A stretch of DNA of 64,000 nt. It comes from Amphiscolops sp. MND2022. Its lineage: Eukaryota. Both the position numbers and the translations under genes were made by a program. The DNA is taken from assembly GCA_964187785.1 (NCBI GenBank), contig OZ076409.1, positions 9,488,001-9,552,000 on the forward strand, written 5' to 3'. This document shows positions 22,310-33,001 of the stretch, piece by piece. The notes under the pieces were generated by a model. It worked only from the letters and a program-made list of their open reading frames with translations, was not told where the DNA came from and did no database searches. The stretch's first letter is position 1. Each line of letters opens with the position of its first letter.

Positions 22310-23833
22310 GTATTCGAGAGAAAAGAATTATGAGTGAAGACTGAATTATCTGAGATGTGTTTTCGATGTATCTTGCTGATTTAACTGAATGTTCGATCCC
22401 AAAATTCACTAATTTGAACTGAGATGTTTTAGAAAGTAGTCGTACAAATAAGTAAGCAGTTATATAAGGAAAAGAAAACTAGCAAGTTATTCAGAAGAAG
22501 TTCATCCAATGTTCATCGCAGTCGTCGATGTACCAAGAAATTACTCAGTTTAAATTTCTCAATTTCTGAAGATGAAATAGAGATGTGTTTTCTGACTTTT
22601 GCGTGTTAAAATATCCAACTGGTCGGTAGCTTGTCGCAATTCGGGCTGAGTAATATTTAATGGCGGTCCAAATTACAGCAGTTCACGTGTCTTTTCGGTT
22701 GGTAAGACGCTAAATCTCTTACCAACCTTCTCTCATTGGCTGTTACCAGCTGGTGTTAAAATGGTAAGTCACGTGACCGGTGTTGTGAACTGCCGCAAAG
22801 TGGCCACGCACCATGGTACATCTACATGTGTTAATGGTGTTTTAGTCATCAATTTACAGTGTCGCAATTGCCTGCACATAACATCATGGTTTCTATAGTA
22901 ACTAAAATGGACTCAAATTATTCAATAACGCACTAATTTCAAGCAAATTTAAGGTAAAGCACACCTTGGGATGGGAAAACGATGTTTTCCGCTGATTCTA
23001 GCACCAAAATCAATGATTTAAAACTTGAAGATGGAAATGCGATGAACTTGTAAGAATATTTGCTGATTTCCAAGTATAGTTTAGCTCTGGATGAAAATGC
23101 GATGAATGGTAGTCTTTCTCGCTCGGAAATCAACACAATTCAAACTGACGATGACAAAAGGATGAACTCCATGTACAATTTGTGAAGCACATTCAGGAAT
23201 TACTAAATGAAATAATCACGATGAATTAAAGATGAGTTTTACTAGAATAAGTCCCATAAAATCCGCTGATGGATTTCTGATGAAAGTCAGTTTAAAGTCC
23301 CATGTTTTGTTCACTCGCAAACTTTAAGGATGGGATTGCGATGAACTTTGGTTAAAAGCACCGTTGAACCCGCTGATGGATCCAAGTGAAATTTCTGATC
23401 AGATCAAAATCGTCATCAAATTCGACGATGAATTTGTGATGAATTTAATAGAATTTGTCACAACTACATACTCTGAGGCGGGGAGTTAGTAGAAGTTATA
23501 TTTTCCATTACTTCCAATATTCCTCGGTCCAGTCTGACCGGAAAACTTCTCTCCCTTGTCGTGACAAACCAATATTTATGAAATATAGCACTTTCAAGGC
23601 TAGATTCTGGCAAGATCATTTATGCGGACACCGGAACTAGAGCGCTCAGTATTAAGTAAATATATATAACTCACACTCAAAAGGGGAAGGGATTAAAGTA
23701 CAAGTAACGTAGGGTTGCTCACAACCATGGCCCTTATTATATGACATCATATTGCCCATATCTAAGTACATAAGACATAATATTTACATTACACATATTA
23801 AGTAGATTACATTTCCATCATGCTGGCATGACA
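22000..23833 (-). repeat. 5' LTR of element B (1834 bp)
   Basis: Direct repeat of 5441-7683 with a 411-bp deletion at the 23183/23184 junction; contains the first 103 codons of gag. Confidence 0.95.
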
Positions 23834-24849
23834 ATATATTTATTGCTGAAGTTGAATCAAACAATATATTTACTTTACTTTTTTTGAAAAAATATATTCG
23901 AATAGAATATTTCACCAGAGTTTTAATGTCTGAATAACTTGGAAGTAACTTGTTGTAGTAGCTGAAATTACACTCCTCTGTAACATTGTTGTTAGGAAGG
24001 AAGCGGCACTCCTTAGCAACTGCATACATACATGGTTGGAAGCATTTAGTGTTTGCTGCACTAGAAATCAGACACGGCTTAACGTTCCTTTTTTTTCCCA
24101 ATTTCATCAAAGTACACACACTTAATCACCGATACATGAAATCAATTTCTGGCTTTTTTATATTGGGTAACTCTAGCGATGGGCTGCTTTTGTAGATCTC
24201 AAAGTTCGGTTGGCGAAAAGTCGTCTTGAAAAAATGACGTAACACACTGTATACAAAAACATCACGTCTTTCATGCGGGTAAGCCATGGGTGGCAACTGT
24301 TGATTTCGTTCATTTTTGCAAAAGTTTCTGTGGAGACAACTGTAGCTGTTTTAACCCAACTTGTTTTCCAACTGAGTGAACGTCTCTGGTATCTCAGTTG
24401 GTATTTCTAAAAAACTGAGAGAAAAACGTAAGCAAATATGTTACTTGAAGTACTCCAGATGTATATTTCAGGTAATTCAGGCCTTCATCAGACCTAAAAA
24501 ATACTAGAGAACAAAAAAGGTTTTGGACGCTTGACGAAAACGTATCCTTGATATTGATGTTGCCGGCGAGATGCTCCTTCATTGCGATTAGAGGACCTGT
24601 CTGATAGCGAGAGCCTCCACTTGTAAAAAAATGTTTCTTTTTGGTACAAAAATATTGCGTGATATTCAATTACTCTGTACAAGGATGTCCAGCTTGTCGC
24701 ATTGGGAGATTTTGAAAGAATTGTTCTGATTCAACAACTTTCCGCAAGAGAAAAACACTTCTGATTTCTTTCTACATTGCTGAAATGATTACACTTTTTT
24801 GACAACAGATTTAGAGTGACTAGGAGTTTTTTATGATTGTTCTCAACCC

Positions 24850-27800
24850 CAGGATCATTGATGGAGAAATGGTTGCTAAGCGAAAGAATCCAGATGAAAA
24901 CCGTTTGGGTTCTAGAAAATATAAGATTTTCCCCTCTTTCTTTTCCTCCTTCTCAATTCTGGCCCGAGGGTCCTGGGGGCGTTTCCTCTTCCGGTAGAAA
25001 GTCTGCGGGCTTTTGTACCTTCTATGGCTGTGGTGTCCCTTTGTTTCTAGTCCACAGATTTTCCTGTAATATATACAACTGTTTTAGTCAATTTATTTCT
25101 AGCCCCCCAAAATTTCCAGTACAAGGTATGCTACCGTATCTTTTCGGTTTTTTTGCTTTCTCGGTTTGATGGCCTTATCTTTGTTTTTAGGTTCTCACCC
25201 GATATCTCACCGTCTGTGTGTAGTTGTATTGCGTTCTCTTCCTGATTTGTCCACCTTGGCGCATATCGTCAGTCCGTTCGGACGTGTCATACATTTTCTG
25301 TGTCACGATCTCTTCTGCTTCCGGCATTTCTTCATCGTCATCTTCGACTTCTTCTTCCGTATCACTTTCTGTTGATTTGCAGTTTTGGACGATTTTAATT
25401 TTGCCGTTCAAAATGTCGCGTAGTATTTCGACCATCTGCCCTATTTGCCATCTAGACCCCGCAGGCAGTGTTTATTTTTCGGTTTGTTTCTCCGTTGGTG
25501 TTCATGGCCCGCTCTCTCTTCACTTTTCTTTCGGTCTGAAATTGTAATCCCGAAATACATTTGCCGTTAAATATTTTATCACTGTCCGTTTTTACGGTAC
25601 TTTCGGTCCCGCTTACTGCGGTTTGTATTTTTTTTGGAACTTTCCTTCTGAGGACTTGTTGGTTATAGTTCTTTTCAACAAATGAAATAGGATATCAACA
25701 GATTTTTTCTTTTTCGGTGATTTCGGTCCCTCACTCAGCTGTTTCTCTTCGATCTTCGTCTTTGCCATTTTGACGTGGTTGGTTAATTCACCTTCCGCAT
25801 CAGGGCCCACATAAACTGATATTTTTTCTGTTCGGTGCTGAAACAGTTATTTTTGACCAATTAGACAAATTTGTTATTTTGGGGCTTTAACATATCTCGT
25901 TAATTCTGTTCTTGGCTCTCTACCGTGATGTAGTTCAAACGGTGGTATTTTAATGTCGTGTGTATTGTAAAGCGCATTACCCATAGCGCTCAATTTACGC
26001 CTTCGGTTAAAGTAATTCGGTCTTCCAAGTTTTCTATTTTAAGAGTTTTGACTGTTTGAATTGCTTATTCCACCACTAAAAATTAAACACGTTTCCGGTA
26101 TGCTTTCGAGTTGTGTAGTGTTCTATTTCAATTTTACGGCTTTTACAAAATGGTTGGTATTCTTTGAAATGAATGCTTCTCTTTTATCGGACCTTTTTTT
26201 CTGGTATTCAATACAAATTAAAGTTACTAGACAGGAAGTTTATTACTTCTTTTGTTTCCGGAGTTTCGCATATTTTCGTGGTCGGCCATTTACTAAATAT
26301 GTCTATCGCGATAAGTATTTGCATTTCACTGTTCAAATTTTTGTTGTGTAGTTTTCCGGTAAAGTCTGTTTGGAGTTCTTGACCGGGTTCGGATAGTTTT
26401 TCTAAGTTTCCGTAATGTTTTTCCGGCTATTTGTTTTTGGGATGTTTAGCTGATGCTAGGCATGCTGTGAAGTCCTTCACTTTTGTCTCTATGTCTTGTT
26501 TCATGTCCGGCCACCAAAATATCTTCGCTTCAGACGTCATTTTTGTAATGCTGGAGTGACCGAATTGTAGAATATCCAATAGTCTTAGTCTGGGATCGAT
26601 GGGTATGACGAATTGGTTGTCAACACATACCAGACGCTATGTGATCGAGAGTTTGTCAAAGACAGTACGGTAGCCATCCCGAATAATTTTTTGTCCTCCA
26701 GGCGCATGCTCTTTCTCACTCGAGTCAGTCGAGAGTAGCTGCGGTTTGATTGCTGTCTTTGAGATCTGTGTCTTTAGATCAAACATAAATTCGAACTCGG
26801 GTTTTTTGGTATGTACCTCCGTGATTTTCCTGCTTGATGTGAGTTTCCCGACGATGTGGTTTATCTGTATATATTTTGCTTCCTTGCCATCGATATTGTT
26901 TTTTGTCAAATCTACAATCGGTAAGTTATCGCCTGGCATGATCACACTATCTTCTGTTTCAATAATCTCTCGTTCTAGCTCTCCTTCTTCCCGTAATTCT
27001 TCCGGTTGCTCTTCTTGGTCTTCGTTTATTGGTTGTTAACCGTCCCCAGTCTGTTTGCTCTCCGGATCAATTCGGCATCTATTTCGGCATATTCCTCTCT
27101 ACTTCGTTTGTTTGGTCGGAATGGAGAAAAAAACTGTGCAATGTGTTTGGTGGTCGTACCGTCGTCTCAATGTTACCGGTCGGGAGAGTGCATTTTCTTG
27201 CTCCACCAATCTTCTCGTTTCGGAGTTGTTACTACTCCTTCTAATAATATCCATCATTTCTCGTGTAACTCCTCAATAGTAGAAATTTTCTCGGTCTATT
27301 TCTAGTGGTTCTAATGCTTGGTGACTCCGTATAGAGATGAACGTTCTTTCCGTAGAGATAAAGTCGGAATTTCTCTAAATTTCCGCCAATAGTTCTAGTT
27401 CACCGGTTGAATATTTCTTTTCGGTTTCGTTCAAATATCTACTGTCTTATGCTATTGGTTTTGCATTTCTGTCATCTTGTTTTTGCCATATTGTAATTCC
27501 GAGTCCTGTTGTGATGGCATCGGTTGTTACCATATTGTCTTTGTCTTTCGCGTAGTGTGCTAGGCATGGGCATTTGGTTAGCGACTGCTTTTTCCCCGAA
27601 ATCTTCTTCTTGTTCGGTTCCCCAATTCCACGTTTCATTTTCTTTAATAGTCTTTGGGTCGATCCGTTCTCTCCAAAAATTTCGGTAGGATTCTTGCCAA
27701 ATATTGAATTGCTCCGAGAAATGATTTTAAATCTTTTGTATTTTCCGGTAAGTTAAAGCTTAGGATGGCTTCTACTTTTTCTTCGTTCGGTTTTATTCCG

Positions 27801-30020
27801 TTTTTGTCGATTTCAAGTCCCAGTCATTTTGTTTCTTTCACAAAAAATTCCGTTTCCGTCTTGCTGGCTCGGTAACCGTTTTTTTCTAATTTATTCAAAA
27901 TATCGAATAGCTTTTTGTCGTGTTCATGTTCATTTCCGCGTGTTACCATATTTATATCATCTAGCCAAGCTGGAGTGCAATATCCGAGTGTTCGGTCAGT
28001 TTTCTCTCAGTTTTGACCCTCTCTGACTTTAGGGCCAAGTCCGTAAAAACCGTTTTTGAATCTATAGTAGCCGCTAAAACCCTCCGGTTAATGCAAAAAC
28101 GCATTAGCGGCTAGTTTTTGTAGAATTTTTCATTTGGCTGTATGCGTAATCTAGATCGATTTTTGAAGTAAATGGTTGCACTGTTCGATCACGATTTATT
28201 TCTACCGAAAATTGATTCAATAGCAGTTCCATGTTTGGCATGTGTGGTCACATTTTTGTTACAACTTTCAATTACTTTTGGAGAATATAGAGCTATTTTC
28301 ACCGATTTATTAATTTTCCCCGTGATAACTACCGGGGATACAAAACAGTCTTCGCCAACGCCCTCTGCTTTTCCTAGGTGTCCGAATTTTATTAATTTCT
28401 CCAGTTCTCTTCCTACGTCTTCTTGTAGAAGTAGAGGTACAGGTCGAGAATTTTGTTTTACCGAAATTGTCCGGGTTCCAGTTGTATCTTTATTTCGGTG
28501 TCTTTTATCATTTCGTTGTTTTCAAATAAGTGGGGAAATTTCTTCATGATTTTCTCTCTTCTGATTGATTGTTCTCGGGAATTGTATTTTGCCTATAGGT
28601 AATTTGAATGTTTTCATCCAGCCCATTCCGATTAATGGCGTTACTTCCGTTCTTTCGATACTCAATGCTACCTTTTTTTGTTGATTGCTTTGGTACTTCA
28701 TATTCACCTGTGTTTTCTCAGGAAGTTTACTTCGTTCTTATTTACGTCTTGGTATCTATCTGTTATCTTCTGTATTTCGGTAGATTTCAGTATTCTCTCG
28801 TTGGGTGGCATTATTGTTATTGGTGACCGGTGTCAATGATAATTTTTTTTCGTTTACTTTGATTGTTGCCGTGTAGTGTTTGTTTTGATTTCTTTGATGT
28901 GATTTATGCTTTCTTCTGATCCACTTGTTGATTCGTCCTGTTCCTGTGTTTCTTCCACTGTTGGTCTTTTCACTGTTCGGTTGTTGTATGTTCTTTGTCT
29001 ACCAACTTTTGCAAAATGGCCCTTCTTTCAGCATTTATTACAGTTTGCTTCTGTTGACGGGCATTTATGTATCGGTGACCAATTCGGTGCGTTACAGAAT
29101 CTGCATGGTCGGTTTCCCAAAGTTCTGTTTTTTGGTTTTGCCCCGAATTTTTCCATTCGATGTATTGGTTCTTCCTTTATTATCTATTTTTCTTTCGTTG
29201 AGAATAATGATTCCGGTATAGTGTTCTTTTTGTTTTTTTTTGTGTGTGTATTTTGTTTCAATATTTCATTCGTTTTCTTTAATTCCAGTGTTTTTTCTCT
29301 CCTAATTTTATCCCGTATATTTTGCCGATTAATACAGTCATATACTTGGAGATTAAGAACTCTTCGGCTGAAATGGTATTAAAGTTACAATCTTTTTCGA
29401 TTTCGATTATTCGTCTCCAAACTTTTTCGGGTGTTTCCTCTTCTGATTGTTTCGCCCGGTAGAAGTCTCCTCGATTATGGTGTTTCGTTTCGGTAAATAG
29501 TGTTCGGTGTATAATCGGACCAAATTCTTGATGTTTATACTGTCCTGATCCGTCTCGTATTCTGCTCGGTTTACCTGGAAAAGTGCTTCCGATCCTACTC
29601 CCCAGATAAAATCTTCTTGTATTGCTTGTTCTTTTCCGGCCCAATTGGTATCGGTAACATCTTGTGCCTTGAGTAGGGGTGTAACATTGATTTTGTGTTC
29701 CCGTTTCGTAATTTTTTTGATTCTTTCTAGCCATTGTCTCGGTGTGAACTCCGGATTCCCGTCTGTGGCTTTAGTTTTAAGGTTTGGTACGGTGTTTTTT
29801 TCTGTCATGGTTTTCAATTTGTTTTAAAATTGGCTGACTGCGCCATGTTCTATTCTATTCTAATAAACTCGAATCTAAGAAACGAGGAATTTGAAAAATA
29901 GACTCTCGAGCTATTTCTCTAACTAAAATTCAGATACAAACTATATATAATGATGTATCATATTTAATGTATGTGTAAAGATTGTTTATCAACAATATCA
30001 GGTATTCTAGACACATGACA
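24850..30020 (-). mobile_element. Decayed Ty3/Gypsy retrotransposon (element C); 3' LTR not found
   Basis: Fragmented gag (FTPRQWLERIKK, Cys/His knuckles at about 29005-29110), protease IIDTG (about 28824-28843), RT WLDDI (about 27950-27967), RNase H TTDA and integrase remnants; many stops and frameshifts. Confidence 0.88.
29846..30020 (-). repeat. Probable 5' LTR of element C (about 175 bp), followed by a tRNA-Ser-like PBS
   Basis: Minus strand TGTCATGTG...GAATAGAACA, then TGGCGCAGTCAGCC (29845-29832) just upstream of gag. There is no partner LTR to confirm the outer edge. Confidence 0.6.
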
Positions 30021-30672
30021 GAAGTTTGTAGTTTTGTAGTTTGTGAACCGAAGTTCGGTAGAGGTCAGGAACCGGAATGAACCGAATATAATACTTTTAA
30101 CTCTTCACCGTGCAAATTCGGCAGCATTCAGAGGTGTCTCTTCAATTACTGTTGGCGCTAGTCCTCCACTAGAATCTTTACTTTCAGCACACCAAAAATA
30201 CTCGTGAAAAATTTGCGAAACAGGTGCCTAACCTTCTTGGCAAATGCTTAGCCAGAATCAACAGCACTTTTTGTCACTGCAACTTTCGCTTCACTTTTTC
30301 GCTTCGCTTTGAAAATTTTTTTGAGCGTGGTGTGATGGGCGATCTCCCGGGAATTACTCAGCCTCCTCTGATGTTGTTCTTGAAAAGCTATTCTTTATAT
30401 GATTCACAACAACATTCAACAGTATCTTGCCTGACGTTAAAGCCAGCGCAAAATCTTGTATCAATTCGACAATTTCTAATATATATTGACTGATTATTTC
30501 GAAACTGCTCTCCACTGTTTTCTAGCGTTTGGTAATTCCTTCCGATGTCTTATTTAGTTTTTATTATTTTCCGCCCTCATAGAATGGGGGAGGAAAATCA
30601 TAATCTGTATTGCGTTTTATTACAAATTCTCCCAAAACTCCTTTTTTATTACATCATTCACTCATTATTTTA

Positions 30673-30850
30673 GTCACCGTGGCACAGTTGGTAGTCCGTC
30701 TGCCTGCAATGCACGAAGTCACGGGTTCGAACCCGTGTTGATGAGTTATTTTTTTTGTAGCGGATCAGGAGGTCACGTGTTCGAACCCGTATTGATGCGT
30801 TATTTTTTTATAACGGAAAATATCCCGGCGCTTAGGGGGCATCTTGTTTT
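30673..30850 (+). mobile_element. tRNA-derived SINE-like repeat with duplicated B-box segment
   Basis: A-box TGGCACAGTTGG (30680) and B-box GGTTCGAACCC (about 30725), a second GTTCGAACCC near 30779, and T-runs; no acceptor-stem pairing. Confidence 0.65.
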
Positions 30851-30900
30851 ATATTTAACGCATGCTTCTTTCTGCGCAGGTGTTCAACAAGGTTCTCTGC

Positions 30901-31169
30901 TGTACTGACCTACATTAATAACCAATAGTATTTAGATGTTTATAGAATGTTCTAGAATGTACATTTATTTGTTATTGAATGATTGTAAATCTCTACTCCC
31001 TCAGAGAGAGAAAACGAATAATCAGTATTCAGTTGACTTCCTTTTTGTTCTACTTCTAACACCTCGAACTAGTTGTAATAAAGTAAGCTAGCTAGCCTGT
31101 CTCTCAGCCGCTTTTAGTAGTTGTGAATAAGACCATCCAAAGAAGTAACCAACCATTAAAAGCAGCACA
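30901..31169 (+). repeat. 5' LTR of element D
   Basis: Direct repeat of 48705-48973; contains AATAAA. Confidence 0.96.
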
Positions 31170-31401
31170 ATTTGGTGCGACTTGTAAAGCCCTTTTCTCC
31201 TGGATGATTTCTCTTCTCTCAACAATCATACAAATACCCCTCTCCATATTTGAAATTCTCTGGAATTGCAGTGAAATCTTTCTAGAATTCCTTGAAAGTT
31301 TAGTCTGTGACTTTCTGAATTTCATCAATAAATACATCATCGTTCGAAACACAATTTCTCCACTACAAAAATCAATTTAAATATAACAAATTTTCTTCAC
31401 T

Positions 31402-31635
31402 ACCGGTTTATCACGTTTTCTAACACGTTGGCACGGTTCTTTTTCCTGTTCTTTTGCCATACCGGTTTATCACGTTTTCCAATACGTTGAAACGGTTTCA
31501 TTTCGGACTGATTTATCCAAAGTGACACAGTTCTGTTCTCTATACTGATTTATCACAGCTAATCCGGAAGCTTGTTGAAACAGTTCTTTGACGTTTGTCT
31601 GGTTTATCAAGGTTTTCTAACACCTTTGACACAGC
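31402..31635 (+). other. Five-copy RNA stem-loop array in the 5' leader of element D
   Basis: Units ACYG-RTTTA-TCA-(inner hairpin)-TGA-MA-CRGT at about 31402, 31461, 31507, 31544 and 31599, with compensatory base changes. Confidence 0.75.
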
Positions 31636-33001
31636 AACTTTCTTCAATCCTGCTATCTTGAACGTCAGGTGGACTCCTGGTGTAATAGTTGATTGAGTGC
31701 ATGTTCAGCTCCGCTCACCTATAAGCACATACGTCTCAAGATCAACTTCGTGTTGGCAGAAAACCTGGATTTTCTACTTTTACGTTTCGGATCCATTTTC
31801 TACGAAAAATTCCTACAAACTAGTTTTCAGAAATAGACTCTGAATACAAAAAAAGGGCAACCAAGAATATCTACAACAAACAATCAGGCACTATTCCATT
31901 TCTTTTCCAATTGTCGACATCCAATACAAATAATTTCACAAAAATTTAAACAAAACAAATAACTTCAAAACCTTAATACAACAAAAATAACAACACAATA
32001 TACACTTAACCTTATATCTAGTACTTCCAATAGTAATAATTTTAACATAATCCTACAGATCAAATATTTTAACAAAATACCACATACAATTCTCACAACT
32101 CTTTTGCTTTAAAACTTAAAATAAGGCATGTAAATAACACAAACACAATAAAGTTAGTTTTATACTTTCAGGCACCCACAATTCCTATCCCCTCCCGTAA
32201 GACTTAGCCAATCAGACAGCCTCACCAGCTTACTCTGATTCTAAGACTGACTAAAAACCTTAGTTAAGTGTAAACGTCTTTAAGGAGAATCGAGAGGACA
32301 CCGAACTACGTTCGAATCTTCAAAATTCTCAGAAAGTAAAAGTAAAAGTAAAAGAAACAAAGATCAAACTTTGATCTTGATCAGTATTGATCAGACTTTG
32401 GATAGTGGACGTTGATTGTTCAGAGTTCCACTCCTTTAGTCTTAAAACACACAACCCACTTAAAATTAAAACAATCTTAGTTTTTCTGGACGTGTCAGTA
32501 TCCGTATGTTAGACACCTTAAAGTGATCCAGACTTAAAATAACATTTAGTTTCTGTTAGCAATCCTTTGAGGTTGAATACAGATCCTACTGCATCCGCTT
32601 CTTTTCTCTTTCCAAAACTATTAACTTCTCAAACAACATCAAATTATAATACAAATTATATGAACCCCAACATATACAACCAAGCAATTTATCCTTTCAA
32701 CTTTTACATTCCGCCAATTAGCTCCCTTCAAAACCCTACAGTAAACGATTTTGAAAGATTAATTGAACGATATCAACAAAATTTTTTCTTTATCATAAAT
32801 CAACAACGACATTACCCAAGAGCTCCAACTTAGAAAATATCTAAAAAAATTAAATGCAACGTTCTCACCTTCACACTATAACATGTGGGAAAAGGTTACC
32901 ACAGTAGTACTCATTACAACATACACGTTTTGTGTCTTATTTATAGTTTGTGTTCTTCTTGAAAAAAATACTTACGGTGATAAGAGACAAACTTTAGAAA
33001 A

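Larger units (their letters stand above)
5441..23833 (-). mobile_element. Full-length 18.4-kb Ty3/Gypsy LTR retrotransposon (element B)
   Basis: Near-identical direct repeats 5441-7683 and 22000-23833, both TGT...ACA. 5-bp TSD ATATA at 5436-5440 and 23834-23838. PBS, gag and PR-RT-RH-IN order on the minus strand. Confidence 0.97.

Noticed and set aside
23834..24840. Short ORFs between elements B and C
   Set aside because: No recognisable domain or repeat structure; cannot be supported as genes.
30673..30745. tRNA gene
   Set aside because: A and B boxes are present, but the 5' and 3' ends do not form an acceptor stem and the B-box segment is duplicated. Better explained as a SINE head.
31104..31380. 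ORFs overlapping the LTRs of element D (also 48908-49102)
   Set aside because: Short, with no motifs, and they cross LTR boundaries into unrelated sequence.
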